A DNA stretch of 64,000 bases from Selaginella moellendorffii (taxonomy: Eukaryota; Plantae; Lycopodiophyta). The DNA is taken from contig NW_003314390.1 in NCBI RefSeq assembly GCF_000143415.4, positions 210,973 to 274,972 on the forward strand. The letters are read 5' to 3'. The position numbers and the translations under genes were made by a program. The notes under the pieces are model-generated. The model ran no database searches, was not told where the DNA came from, and saw nothing but the letters and a program-made list of their open reading frames with translations. This document shows positions 23,867 through 36,735 of this stretch, piece after piece; within the stretch, counting starts at the first letter, position 1; every line of letters starts with the position of its first letter.

Positions 23867-26035
23867 CTATTCCTCCACTTCGGCGACAATCTCCTTGATG
23901 AGCTCGGTCTTGTAGTCCTCAAAACTTCCCGGGTAGCGCCTCACGCTGCCGTCCTCCACCACCCAGATCTCGCTCTTCTCCTCCTCCTCGCACACCCTGG
24001 AGATGAGCCGAGAGTCATGGCTGACGAGCACCACGCCGCCCGTGAACTCGTCCAAGGCATCCGCCAGCGCGTCGATGCTCTGCATGTCCAGGTGATTCGT
24101 CGGCTCGTCCAGCAGTAGAATGTGAGGCCGGGACATCGAGATGGACGTGAAAACCACCCGAGCCTTCTGTCCCCCCGAGAGCTTGACGATTGGAGTGAGA
24201 TGGTTGCTGCTTGGGAGCCCGAACTTGCCCAGCTTGGCACGCACTGCCTCCTGTTTGCTCGGCCCTTCCTGCTCGGGATGAAGCCTCAGCAGGTACTGGA
24301 CGGGCGTCTCGTCCATGGTGAGAAGATCCACAAAGTGCTGCGAGTACCTCCCTATTCTCAGCTTCTGGCTCCGCCTCGCCTCGCCCTGTGTCGGCTTCAA
24401 ATCGCCGGCGAGAAGGTTGAGCAGCGTCGACTTGCCAGCGCCATTCGGTCCCACGATCGCCACCCTGGTTCCCATGTCTATCCCCACGTCCACTTCCTTG
24501 AGGCTGAAGTCGTCTCTGTTCGGGTAGCTGAACTGGACGTCGATGAGCTGCATGAGCGGCGGTGTGAGCTCCGTTGGCTCCGGGAAATGGAACTCTACGG
24601 TGTAGTCTCTCCACTTGCGCGGCTTCTCGACCACGGCATCGTCCTCCGCTGCTGCCCCGGCCTTCGTTTTACCTCGCGATTTGGCCTCTTTGGCTGCGGC
24701 GAACTTGGCTCGGTCCTTCACCTTGTCCATCGCTGCCCTGTTTCCACTGCGCTTGGCTGCTTTCTCCTGCTTCTCAAACGTCTCGAACTTCTTGTTGTTT
24801 GCCGTCCTCTTCTGCTCGTACGCCTGCTCGAACGCTTCGAAATTGCCCCTGTAGACGTGGAGCTGCTCGTCATGGAGGTGAATGATATCGGTACAGACGG
24901 AGTTGAGAAAGTCTCGGTCGTGAGAAACGACCACCAGCGTCTTCTTCCACCGCATCAGGTACTCTTCTAGCCAGAGCACAGCCCGCAGGTCCAAATGATT
25001 CGTAGGCTCGTCCAAAAGAAGCAGCGTCGGCTGGACGAAAAGAGCTCTCGCGAGAGAGATTCGCATTCTCCACCCACCACTGAAAGACTTCGTCGATCGG
25101 ACTTGCATGTCCTTGTTAAAACCCAGCCCGGCTAGAATTTTCGAGGCGCGAGACTCGGCAGCATCTGATCCAAGACCACGTAGCTTCTCATACACAGTTG
25201 TCAGCTGCTCTTGGTTGTTGTCTCCTCCTTCGTCTTCCTCATTGTCATCCTCGAGGGAGAGCTTCTCTAAGCGCTCGGCCTCTTGCCTGAGCTTGACAAG
25301 CTCCTGGTCGGCAGCCACCACCGCCTGTATCGCAGGGGTCTCGTCTCCAACAATCTCCTGTTCCACCAGCAATATGTCGATGTTCTTCGGGACTGGAATT
25401 TGCCTCCACGCCAGGAGCTTCAAGAGCGTCGACTTTCCCTTGCCGTTTGGACCAACAAGGCCGTATCTCTTGCCGTGCGAGATCTTCACCGACGCATTCT
25501 TTAGCAGCTCCTTGCCTCGGGCAGAGACGGAGAAGTTGTCGATCGAGATATCCTTCACGTTGGCATCGGCAGCTTCTTCTCCTTCCAAGACAGCCGTCTT
25601 GGTCCCAATCACCACCGAGAACGCGTTCTGGTCGTCCTTGAGAGCTTCTTGCTTGGCAGCCATCGCGGCCATGGCCAAGAGCTGCTCCTTCTTGTCCCGC
25701 TTCTTCTGATCCTTGTCCGTGACGGAGAGATTGAGAGCCCGCGCGTGCCTTGGACCGGCATCCTTTTTCACCTCGTCGCCGCTATCGACCTCGTCTTCCT
25801 CGTCGTCCGACGGCGGCAAGTCGATCCCAGCTGTGTACGAGCTCGTCGGAGGAGCTGCGGCCTTGGGCTTGCTCTTGCTCGCGGAATTCTTCTCGGAATT
25901 CTTCTCGGATTTCTTCTCAATGCTGGCGAGCAGTAGATCGGCAGCAGAGGGACCAGTACCTGATCTCGCAGCGTCCTTGGATTTCGATGCCGGTGCCTTG
26001 GTCTTGCCCGCTGCCGCCTCGCCCTTCCTCACCAT
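23867..26035 (-). CDS. ABCF4: ABC-F family soluble ATPase (GCN20/ABC50 type), intronless
   Basis: 722-aa ORF with two ABC domains (GPNGKGKS / FSGGW / LLLDE and GPNGAGKS / LSGGQ / LLLDE) and no transmembrane segments. Confidence 0.95.
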   Translation of the reverse strand: MVRKGEAAAGKTKAPASKSKDAARSGTGPSAADLLLASIEKKSEKNSEKNSASKSKPKAAAPPTSSYTAGIDLPPSDDEEDEVDSGDEVKKDAGPRHARALNLSVTDKDQKKRDKKEQLLAMAAMAAKQEALKDDQNAFSVVIGTKTAVLEGEEAADANVKDISIDNFSVSARGKELLKNASVKISHGKRYGLVGPNGKGKSTLLKLLAWRQIPVPKNIDILLVEQEIVGDETPAIQAVVAADQELVKLRQEAERLEKLSLEDDNEEDEGGDNNQEQLTTVYEKLRGLGSDAAESRASKILAGLGFNKDMQVRSTKSFSGGWRMRISLARALFVQPTLLLLDEPTNHLDLRAVLWLEEYLMRWKKTLVVVSHDRDFLNSVCTDIIHLHDEQLHVYRGNFEAFEQAYEQKRTANNKKFETFEKQEKAAKRSGNRAAMDKVKDRAKFAAAKEAKSRGKTKAGAAAEDDAVVEKPRKWRDYTVEFHFPEPTELTPPLMQLIDVQFSYPNRDDFSLKEVDVGIDMGTRVAIVGPNGAGKSTLLNLLAGDLKPTQGEARRSQKLRIGRYSQHFVDLLTMDETPVQYLLRLHPEQEGPSKQEAVRAKLGKFGLPSSNHLTPIVKLSGGQKARVVFTSISMSRPHILLLDEPTNHLDMQSIDALADALDEFTGGVVLVSHDSRLISRVCEEEEKSEIWVVEDGSVRRYPGSFEDYKTELIKEIVAEVEE

Positions 26036-26309
26036 CGCGTCCCCAAAACCCTAACCCTAGGGTTCTCTTTTGCTTGGAACCTGACCTAAGAAAAAGTACC
26101 AAGGGGTAAAGGAAATGATTAGAGTATTGGAGATCCAACCAACGTTACGTTACGTACTTACCTGACCGATACTCTGTCCCAATTCGTACGGGGTTGCGCA
26201 TGCGTTGGTAGCAGTCAGGCTTGATGTGGATCGATCGATAGAAATGGAGTGTTTGATCGAGCGATAGCCTCCCCATTTCCAGTCTAGAGATAGAGCGATC
26301 GATCGATCC

Positions 26310-27026
26310 ATGGGAGTGAGACGGTGTAGTAGGATCTTTTCCCAATTCTTGTGGAGTGGATTATCGGGGAGCGATCCAGCGCCGGCGAGGAAGAAGAACA
26401 AGGAGAAATTGAGGAGCAAGAGCGAGGAGGAAGGAGCGATCGCGACGAGGAAGAGGAAGCTCGTGATCAAGAGATGGTGTCGGCGATCACAGCACGCGAT
26501 GATCAAGAGCTGCCAAGAGGAAATATTTCGAGAAGAAAGATCGATCCAAGGAGGACAGCGAGCTCCGGCCAACTCGGAGGAGGACGAGGATCGTGAAGAG
26601 CTTCTTGGCAGGAGAAATCGATGCAGCCTACATTCCTCTCAATACTCGTCGTCGCCGTCCTCCTCATCGACCTTCCGCTGCTTCGAATCGTCGGATCGAT
26701 CGCCAGCATCGTCATCGTGGAGCAAGAATCTCAACATCTTGGAAGCGTCGATCAAGCCCTGGGACTGCGATGTTGCGAGAAGAAGAAGAAGATCGAGGTC
26801 ACGGAGAAGAAGAGGAAGAGGAGATTATGTCCAATGCTCCGTGATTCCTGTGTTGTCAAGCAATCCCTACCGGGATTTCAAGGAATCCGTGTCCCAGATG
26901 ATCACCGGGCAGCGGCAAATCGACCTGGTAGAGCTACTGGAATGCTATCTGGCGCTCAACTCTCCCGGATCCCATCGCGCAATCTTCCAAGCTTTCTCGG
27001 AGACTTTTCTCTCCGGATGGAACTAA
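26310..27026 (+). CDS. OFP: OVATE family protein
   Basis: C-terminal SSNPYRDFKESVSQMI...LVELLECYLALNSPGSHRAIFQAF is the OVATE domain signature; start codon uncertain. Confidence 0.85.
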   Translation: MGVRRCSRIFSQFLWSGLSGSDPAPARKKNKEKLRSKSEEEGAIATRKRKLVIKRWCRRSQHAMIKSCQEEIFREERSIQGGQRAPANSEEDEDREELLGRRNRCSLHSSQYSSSPSSSSTFRCFESSDRSPASSSWSKNLNILEASIKPWDCDVARRRRRSRSRRRRGRGDYVQCSVIPVLSSNPYRDFKESVSQMITGQRQIDLVELLECYLALNSPGSHRAIFQAFSETFLSGWN

Positions 27027-27138
27027 AGAAAGAGGAGAAATGCCGCCTTTGTTAGGGTTCTTGGAGAAGTTTAGGGCTTTAGCGCAGGAGAGAAGGCGCG
27101 CGCCAGTCTCTGCCTCCGCATTGCGATTGCGCAAATCT

Positions 27139-29349
27139 ATGGAGGAGCTCGACAAGGATTCGCCTCTGGCGTGCTTGCGATGCAGCAAGCCCGCGCACTT
27201 CCGGTTATTATCGCTGCGATTTCTTCGTGAATGAATGAAATGAATGGTGTTCTTCGTCACAACAGGTGTCCCAAATGCTTAGACCTCAAGCTTCCTTGGG
27301 CCAGTGCCTCGTTCTGGTATGGAATTCCTCCTCCATCTCCCTTGCTAACAAATGCTCCCAGCTCGCAGGATTGCTTTAGAGCTGCGTGGAGCACACACAA
27401 GGCGATTCACGCAGGCGTGCTGCCTGAGAAATCTGGGAGCGATCAACAAGTAGTGGAAGCTATGAAGCAAGGATGGCAATACTGCCTACGTAAAGGATCA
27501 GCGCGTGCTTCCGAGATTCCTTTCTTCGATTGGACTGGGTAAGCTATAGGTCGAAAGCCGTCTCTCCAACTTACAAGTTCTTCTGGCTTCCAGAGCTTTG
27601 AGACCATATCCTATTTCTCCAAGGCGTCTTGTACCAAACCATATTCGTCGACCCGATTGGTCACTTGATGTAAGTGCTGCTGTGTTCTTTCGTTTTCTAA
27701 CAATTGTCTTTCTCTAGGGGGTTCCAAAAGAGGAACCGGCGAGCAAATGGCAAAATAGTGTGGAGGTAAGGCTTTTTTTTTTTCCCTCTGCAAGCTGGTG
27801 ATTTTGCGCTTCCACAGATAAAATCTCAAGAACAAATCCAGAGAATGCGAGAGACTTGCAAGGTGCAGTTTTGTTTTTGTGTTTCTACTCGAAAAACAAA
27901 ACCGTTTTGACTTCTCACTGCAGGTCGCCAGAGAAGTGCTAGACGCTGCTGCAAGAGCAATCAAGCCCGGTGTTACGACCGATGACATCGACAGAGTTGT
28001 CCATGACGCGACTATAGCAGCTGGTATGTCAATGTGTTTCACGGCTGAAGAACATTCAATCTTTTTCCCCCGTTTTTGGTTGCTTTTCTATGTAGGCGGA
28101 TATCCATCTCCTTTGAATTATCACTTCTTTCCAAAGTCTTGCTGCACGTCAGTATATGTTTCATCTGTTCGGTAGATCACAGCTGACAATTTGTTTGTTT
28201 CTTTTGTTATGCAGATCAGTGAATGAAGTTATCTGCCATGGAATTCCAGACGCAAGGTAGCTAACTACACCGCGAGATCTTGCCTGTGTGCTGATGCTTT
28301 TATCATCGCAGGCGCTTGGAAGAGGGCGACATCGTTAATGTCGATGTCAGCGTTTACTTGAACGGCTGCCACGGTGAGGACTATTCGCTCCTTCGATCGG
28401 TTTAAGCTTATTCTCGTCTTGGTTTGCTGTAGGTGATCTTAACGAGACATTTTTCGTTGGACAAGTCGATGAAGCATCGGTCCATCTGGTCAAAAGCACT
28501 TACGAGTGTCTTGAGAAGGCCATTGCCATAGGTGATCAAAACTAATCATTCTCTATTTGAGCTAAACTCGTATTCTTCAGTAAAACCTGGAGTGAGGTAC
28601 CGCGAGGTGGGAGACGTGATCAGCCGCCACGCTGCAATGACAGGCCTGTCGGTGGTGGGGTATTTTTATATGCTTCGCGTTAAACGCTTCTCGAGAGAGA
28701 CTAATATGCCAACCACAGGTAAAATCTTATTGTGGACACGGCATAGGCGAGCTCTTCCACTGCGCACCCAACATACCGCACTACGGACGTATCCTTGAGA
28801 GTCCCTCGTGAATTCTTTAAAAAAAACTTTCCTTCTCATCCGTCTAGAGCAGACAACAAGGCAGTCGGGACGATGAAAGCGGGTCAGATATTTACAATTG
28901 AGCCGATGATCAACAGAGGTACGTAAGTTCGCTTACTCTCAGCTTAGGACCTTAGGTGATCGCAGAAGAAAACAAAAGAGAAAATAAAACTCTGGTGCCA
29001 CTGCTATGCTGCTGCTAAAACTCCGCTGCTCGCAGGGATTTGGCGTGATAGAATGTGGCCTGATGGCTGGACTGCTGCAACAGCTGACGGCAAACGCAGC
29101 GCGCAATTCGAGCACACACTGCTGGTGAGTGTGAGCTTAAAGTTTAATCTTTTTCTTCCTCGACTTCTTCCAGCTAGAACAGTGTTCTAACGTGTGTGGA
29201 GCTCTTTTCTTTTCTTTGTTCTTTGTTTTCGCTTGCCTTGTGCCTATAAGGTAACGGAGAATGGTGTGGAGGTGTTAACAGCGCGTCTGCCAAGCTCGCC
29301 TAGTGTGTTCCCATGGCTGCTGGGCGGGGGCGGCGGCTCCACACAATAA
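27139..29349 (+). CDS. MAP1A: Methionine aminopeptidase 1A, multi-exon
   Basis: N-terminal zinc finger ([13 protein letters not shown]); [47 protein letters not shown] and [11 protein letters not shown] found across short GT-AG introns. Confidence 0.95.
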
Positions 29350-29774
29350 GACGTAACTTCTATATAGGAGAAGGGGCTCGCTCACTGCTTGACTGGTGCG
29401 ATTTGTCCCCACGTGGACGGCGGCGACGCGGCCCGCGTGTCGGGATATTCTCTCCCCCTGCCGGCGAATATGCCGCTTAACCAAACCCGGGTGGGTTAAG
29501 CTGTGATTTAAGTTATAGTAGGGCGGCCCTTTTATGTTGTCGTCTCCCATCTTGCGGTTTCTTCACAGTGCGTGCCGCTTGCGATCATCCTCATTTTTGT
29601 TCTTCCTTCTTCCTCTCCTCCATAGTTAGGGGCGCTTGGATCTAGGTCGGAGATCCAATTCCAGGCGCCGCCGATCCATTCATCCATTCATCGCTCGCTC
29701 GCTCGCTTGCTCGCCCCCAATCGATTGATCGGTGGGCGGCATTTTGGGGGTGAATGCCCCGGTAGGGCTTGGCA

Positions 29775-30602
29775 ATGGCGCCCAGGAAGGGTGTGGCGGG
29801 GGCGGCGGCGGGGAAGCAGCAAGATCAAGGGGCGCATTTCCGTGGCGTGAGGAAGCGGCCATGGGGCCGGTACGCGGCGGAGATCAGAGATCCATGGAAG
29901 AAGGTGAGGGTATGGTTGGGGACGTTCGATACTGCGGAGGAGGCGGCGCGGGCCTACGACAATGCGGCCCGGGCATTGCGAGGCACAAAGGCCAAGACCA
30001 ATTTCTCGACCATGTCGCCATCGCTCTACCCTGGCGGCGCTGGTGGCGGTGGCGGCGGCGGTGGCGGTGCTGGCATGGGCGGCGGCGATGATCGCCAGAG
30101 TACCAGCCACAGCAGCACGGTGGAATCTTACAACACGCCCACGCCAGTCGTCAGGAAGAACAAGGCGGCGGCAGTGGCGGCGGCGGCGGCGGCGGCGGTG
30201 GACACCATGACAATGACGATTAACAACACGAGCAATTGCTACACGAGTAGCTGCGGGAATCATCGGGCAGGGATGGTGGAGAATGGCGATTTCACCAAGA
30301 ACGTCATCGCCAGCACCGTCAAGAACAGCAACAAGAGGGTGAGGAGGGTGCTGGATTGGATGCCCGTCACCGCCACCACCGCCGCCGCCGCCCCGCCGCT
30401 AGGCCCCCAGCACAGCGATTGCGATTCTTCTTCGTCGGTGGTGGACGAGGCTGATACGAGCTCTTCTCCACGCCAGGATCAGCAGCTCCACCACCACCAA
30501 TCTCTCTCGCTTTCCTCGTCCCGAGCTCACGGTACGCTCTTTCCTCCTCTCCTCCTCTTAGATCTCAATCTTCCTCCGCCTCCAGAGGCGGTGCTGGAGT
30601 GA
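29775..30602 (+). CDS. AP2/ERF transcription factor, group VIII EAR repressor
   Basis: [20 protein letters not shown]...[18 protein letters not shown]2 domain; [11 protein letters not shown]; C-terminal LDLNLPPP. Confidence 0.93.
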   Translation: MAPRKGVAGAAAGKQQDQGAHFRGVRKRPWGRYAAEIRDPWKKVRVWLGTFDTAEEAARAYDNAARALRGTKAKTNFSTMSPSLYPGGAGGGGGGGGGAGMGGGDDRQSTSHSSTVESYNTPTPVVRKNKAAAVAAAAAAAVDTMTMTINNTSNCYTSSCGNHRAGMVENGDFTKNVIASTVKNSNKRVRRVLDWMPVTATTAAAAPPLGPQHSDCDSSSSVVDEADTSSSPRQDQQLHHHQSLSLSSSRAHGTLFPPLLLLDLNLPPPPEAVLE

Positions 30603-31392
30603 CTGATCTGGATTGATTGAGAGATTTGAGAGAAAAGAGAGAGAGATAGCTCCTATTTGTTTGTACATTCTTTGTTCCTTTTTTTTTTCTTGCTGGGCAA
30701 CCGCCATAGATCTTCCAGCCAGCCAGCCACACACTCAAAGATTTCAAAGCCACAGCCGCAATTTGTTTATACAAAGAAGAAGAGGAGGAGAAAATCACAA
30801 ATCCATCACCACAGCACCACAAGAACACCATGAGAAAAAGTTTCTTCCAAGAACCAAGAGACTATTTACTAACTAGGAGGTAGAGGCATTTAGAGAGGAA
30901 GAGAGGGAGAGAGCTATTCCTTTCTCTTTCTCAACTCGAGAGGAGAAAGAAACGAAAGAAGAGAATTTCTAGCTTTTTGTTGTTGTATTACTTCCGCCAT
31001 TTAATTGTTATAGCGATAAGTATTTAGCAATGCTTGTTCTTGAGAAGATTCCACGTCCATGGAGCTCTTTCCTGCGAATATGCTCGATCGACCATGTGGT
31101 ATTTCCAAGATTTTTGCGAGAGCGCGGCAATCCGGCCAGGAATCTCTTCACCTGGATTTCCATGCTGCGGGCATTTGCCGGATTGATCCCACACGAGGCA
31201 TCGCGATGCCGATCCCAGGGAATGCTTGTTTGATGCGACGCTGGGCGGGAGATCCAGGGAGTCCGTGCAGATTGGAGGTCTTTCCGCGAGGATTTCGTCT
31301 TCCAGTGCGGTACCGCGGTGCTAGGGTTCTGCTCGATCGATGCCGGAGAGGATATTTGCTTCTCAAGAACCCTAGAAGGGTTTTGGGACCAG

Positions 31393-34300
31393 ATGTCTCC
31401 CGAGCAAGGGTAAGGTGATCGAGCGAGCGATCCATCGGTGGTGATGTTTGTGTTCTAGGAGCTACGCTGGATTGGATGCGCCAGTGAAAACTGCTGTGGA
31501 CAAGTTCCAGCTTCTTCCAGCGTTTCACAAGGTATGTATGACCTCTCTTTTAATCATGATTTTTTTTTTCTCTTTTGCTCGCGCTCGTAGGTCCGGGGTC
31601 TTGTGAAGCAGCACCTCGATTCATACAATTACTTTGTGAATTGCGAGATCAAGAAGATCATCCATGCCAAAGGAAACGAGAAGATCACTAGCGATGTCGA
31701 TCCCAACTTTTACATCAAGTATGCTTGCGACACCTTCTTTCAATACTTCACGAACATCCTCTTCAGGTTTTTGGACATTTTCGTTGGAACACCATCGATC
31801 GAGCAAGACTACATTCGGCAGGATATTACCCCGCAGCAGTGCCGCTTGCGAGATATGACGTATGGTTTTTTCTTTTCTTCTTCGTTTTCTCCATGCTGCC
31901 TTGAAATGCCTTTCTTTTTGTTCTGAGAGCTTACAGTGCTTCCGTTCTATAATCAGGTATTCTGCCCCTATCAGTGTTGATATCGAGTACACAAGGGGCA
32001 AGGATATCATAACTCGCAAGGGAAAGGATGGCCAGGTGTGCAATTGTCTTTTTACTTTTTTCATTCCTTCTATTTTTTTGGAGAGCTTACAAAGCTGAAA
32101 CTGCAGGGAGCACAAGTAATTGGACGCATGCCAGTGATGCTAAGGAGCTCTCGTTGCATTCTTACTGGAAAATCTGATGCTGAACTTGCGAAGCTTGGTA
32201 GAGCTTTTGGCTTTTCTTTGGTGCTGAATTCCATTTGATTTTTGTTCCCAGGAGAATGCCCGCTCGATCCCGGTGGCTATTTTGTTGTGAAAGGAACAGA
32301 GAAGGTATGACCAACTCTTGTTTTCAGTTGACACATCTCTTGACGGGCAGGTGATTTTGATTCAAGAACAACTTTCCAAGAACAGGATCATCATTGACTC
32401 TGATAGCACTGGGAGGTGTGTTGAACGACGCCTTTGTTAAGATGACTCACGTTCATCTTGCAGCGTTACAGCCTGTCACTAGCAGTACACATGAGAGGAA
32501 AAGTAAGACGAATATCATCATAAAGCATGAAAAAATCTATGTAAAGCTAAACGTGTTCAGCGACGACGTAAGTGAGTATGTTACCGGGGAAATATCACTA
32601 CTGATGCAATTTGCAGGTTCCCATAGTTGTAGTCATGAAAGCTATGGGAATGGAGAGTGACCAAGAGATTATACAGATGGTCGGGACGGATCCAAAGTTC
32701 GCTGGGATACTTGCTCCTTCCATGCAGGTCAATTCAATTTTTACTTTCTGAAAACTTGTCTACAATCGTTCCGTCGCAGGAATGTGCTTCGTTGGGTGTA
32801 TACACAACTCATCAAGCTCTTGAGTACCTTGGAACAAAGGTCTGACTTGTAATTATGCACGCATGTGATTAACTTGTGGAAAACTTTTCCAGGTCAGGGT
32901 AAATAGGCAATGGGGCAGCAAGCAAACTAAGTCTAAGGTATGTCCATTTGAAACGCAGTCCAGCTGAAAAACTTATGTTCCAGGTTGATGAAGCCCGTGA
33001 TATCTTGTTAAACGTTTTTCTGGCCCATGTAGCTGTAAGTCCTTGTTGATCTCAGTTGGCCACGCGCTTACAATCTCGTCCTTGTTTAGGTTCATAAATA
33101 CGATTTCCGGCCAAAGTGCATCTATGTGGCACTGATGCTCAGGCGGATGCTAGAAGCGATTCTTGATAAAGAGTGTGTAGACGACAGGGTAAGTACATTG
33201 TGTCAAGACTTTGTACAGCTAACATGATTCAAACCAGGACTATGTTGGAAACAAGCGACTGGAACTCGCTGGCCAGCTTCTTGCTTTGCTGTTTGAGGTT
33301 CGTGTTTCTTTCCCTTACATTTGCAAAAGATTATATTCTTTTTCCAGGATCTCTTCAAAAGGTCTTGTAGTGAGCTGAAGAGCAATGTGGATCGCACACT
33401 ATCCAAAATGAACCGTGCCTCTCAATACGACGTTTCGAAGGTGCGTTTTTGGTACAGTTTGCACTAGAGATTAATAAGGTTTTTTGATGCAGTCATTGAA
33501 ACCAGACATGCTTACAAGCGGACTGGAAAATGCAATCTCTAGTGGGAATTGGACAGTAAAGCGATTCAGGATGGACAAGAAAGGTGTCACGCAGGTTGAT
33601 CGATCTCTTCCTGTTTTTGTTTTTGTTTTACTTTGGATGACATGTAAATCAATGCAGGTAGTGTCAAGGCTCTCATATATAGCTGCTCTAGGCCATATGA
33701 CGAGAGTGGCGTCTCAGTTTGAGAAGTCGAGAAAAGTCAGCGGTCCTAGATCTTTGCAGCCGAGCCAGGTTTTGCCAACTCAAGTCGACCACACATTATG
33801 TTCTAAATTTGCGTTTTTCAGTGGGGTATGTTATGTCCTTGTGACACTCCTGAAGGTGAAGGTTGCGGTCTCACAAAAAACTTGGCACTAATGACACATA
33901 TCACGACTGATGATGAGGAAGCGCCTCTGATTGACCTGGTAAGGAAACACAAATTTTTTGTATTTTTTAAGTTTATGTCATTCTTATGATTAGTGCACCA
34001 ATTTGGGAGTGGAGGATATCAACCTCTTGTCCGGAGAAGAGTTTCACTCTAAAAACGCGTTTCTTGTAATGTTCAACGGTACGATTCTCGGTATTCATCG
34101 CCGCCCGCAGGTATGTTCCGTCTCAGTTACTTTTTTCTTACGTTATTCTTGCATGCAGCAATTTGCGACGTTGATGAGGAAGCTTCGACGGGCAGGAAAG
34201 ATTGGAGAATTTGTCAGCATTTTCGTTAATGAAAAGCAGGTACCCGTTTCTTGTATATTGTTTGCTGGCTAACTTAGCTTCGGCCAGCGCTGCATTTATA

Positions 34301-36735
34301 TTGCTTCAGACGGTGGACGAGTCTGCAGGCCTGTGGTGATCGCAGACCATGGTGTATCAAGAATCAAGGAGCATCACATGAAGGAGTTAAAGGTACCTCT
34401 TTTGTGTTTGAAATTTACGATCCCTCTCTTTTTATATTTTCAGGATGGCTTTCGTACATTCGATGATTTCTTAAGAGAAGGACTCGTTGAGTATCTGGAC
34501 GTCAACGAAGAAAACAATGCTCTGGTTGCCAATGCATGCTTCTCTATGGTGTCTCTAATTAGTATTGTTGGCAGATAGCACTTTATGAAAAAGAAGCAGA
34601 CTCTACGACCACTCATATAGAGATCGAGCCTTTTACAATTCTTGGCGTTTGTGCTGGGCTGATCCCTTATCCCCATCACAATCAATCACCACGTAATACT
34701 TACCAGGTAGGTGCCCCTAGTGCTACAGTTTTACTACGCTAATGCTGATCTTGATCTAGTGTGCTATGGGAAAACAAGCGATGGGTAATATAGCCTATAA
34801 TCAGGTATGTTGTACTAGCTTGCGCTCGGATTAAATCTGACTTGCTACCTTTGCAGCTTCAAAGAATAGACACGCTACTCTACCTTTTGGTCTATCCGCA
34901 ACGTCCACTTCTCACTACCAAATCAATTGAGCTGGTATTGTTAATCTGTCACCGTCTCACTCCTTAAATTGTTCTTATTCCAGGTTAACTATGACAAACT
35001 TGGTGCTGGTCAAAATGCAAGCGTCGCGGTTATGAGCTACAGTGGTTATGATATTGAAGATGCAATTGTCATGAACAAGGCCTCACTTGACAGAGGATTT
35101 GGGCGTTGCATCGTTTTAAAAAAGTAAGCAGCACGACTTGCTGCTTGATTGAACTTGATTTCTTGTTCAGGTTCAGTTGCCTGGTTAGAAAGTATGAAAA
35201 CCGTACAATGGATCGGATTGTTGCTCCGCGACAGCATGGTCATGCGACGTCACAGGTAGATGCTCGTTTATCAGCTTCCAAATTACATCCATATATTCTA
35301 CAGTTGCTTGATCAAGATGGTATTGCTTCTGTTGGGGAGAGAATTTACGATAAGGACATATTCGTGAACAAAGAGAGCCCGAAGGATGTGAAGACCACTT
35401 TTTTAAATCCTCTAGCTTTGCCTGACAGGTACACGGTATGTGTTAAACGAAACCACTCTGGACGTGGATGTTTTGTGCAGTGCCTATAGGCCTACTCCCC
35501 AGCGTTACAAAGGGCCTCTTGGTGAAAGTGCAATCGTCGACAAGGTTTTGCTGACTACAAACGAAAGTCAGCAGATGGTTATCAAGTGTCAAGTTCGACA
35601 CACACGGCGGCCCGAGGTTTGTGGCTTTGCTTTACAGACTCAACTGATTTCGTTCTGGCATGTAGCTTGGAGACAAGTTTAGCAGCAGGCATGGGCAAAA
35701 AGGTGTATGTGGAACTATAGTAGAGCAACAGGACTTCCCGTTCACAGAGCGTGGTGTATGCCCGGACCTTATCATGAATCCTCACGGATTTCCAAGGTAC
35801 TTGCGAAGATCTAGTTTCCAATGAGTGAAATTGCGTTGCAGTCGTATGACCGTGGGAAAGATGATTGAGTTGCTTGGAGGAAAAGCAGGCGTTCAAAGTG
35901 GAAAGTACCATTATGGTAGCGCTTTCGGTGAACCCAGTGGCCATGCTGATACTGTAGAAGCCATAAGGTAAACCTGGCTCCAACCTTCATGACCAGACGC
36001 TTATAATTATTTTGTCGTTTCTTTATCAGTGCCACCCTTGTCAAACATGGGTTCAGCTACTGTGGTAAAGACCTTATCTATTCAGGTAATCTTACGGTTG
36101 ATTGCCTCTTTGTTATGACATACAATACGATTGCAGGTATCACTGGGTGTCCTTTGCAAGCATACATCTACATGGGTCCGATTTACTATCAAAAGCTAAA
36201 ACACATGGTAAACAGACGTACCTTTTAACTAGTTGGTTTTCATCTTCTATGATCTCTGGCGGCAGGTTTTGGATAAAATGCACGCTCGCGCTCAAGGCCC
36301 TCGTGTAGTATTGACAAGGCAGCCTACTGAAGGAAGAAGCCGAGAGGGAGGTCTGAGACTGGGGGAAATGGAACGGGACTGCCTCGTCGCGTACGGCTCA
36401 AGCATGCTCATACTGGAGCGTTTGATGATTTCCAGCGACCAGTTTCAAGTGCAGGTTAGTGCATCTTGTTTGCTCCGTGTTCCCAACGCGTTTGAATGGC
36501 AGGTGTGCACAAACTGCGGTTTGCTGGGCTATTACAGCCACAAACTAAAAATGAACTTCTGCTCGTACTGTAAAAACGGAGAGAACATGGCCGCGATGAA
36601 GCTACCGTATGCATGCAAATTACTGTTCCAAGTAAGTCATCATTTTCCTTTGCGTCCCGATTCTTAGTGGTAGCATTGTTACAGGAGCTCCAGTCTATGA
36701 ACATAGTTCCTCGTCTGCAACTGGCCGAAGCATGA
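31393..36735 (+). CDS. NRPC2: RNA polymerase III second-largest subunit, more than 30 short introns
   Basis: [81 protein letters not shown]. Confidence 0.95.

Noticed and set aside
23852-26109. Long antisense and alternative-frame ORFs over ABCF4 (likewise over the ERF and cyclin T)
   Set aside because: Shadow ORFs produced by GC-rich codon usage
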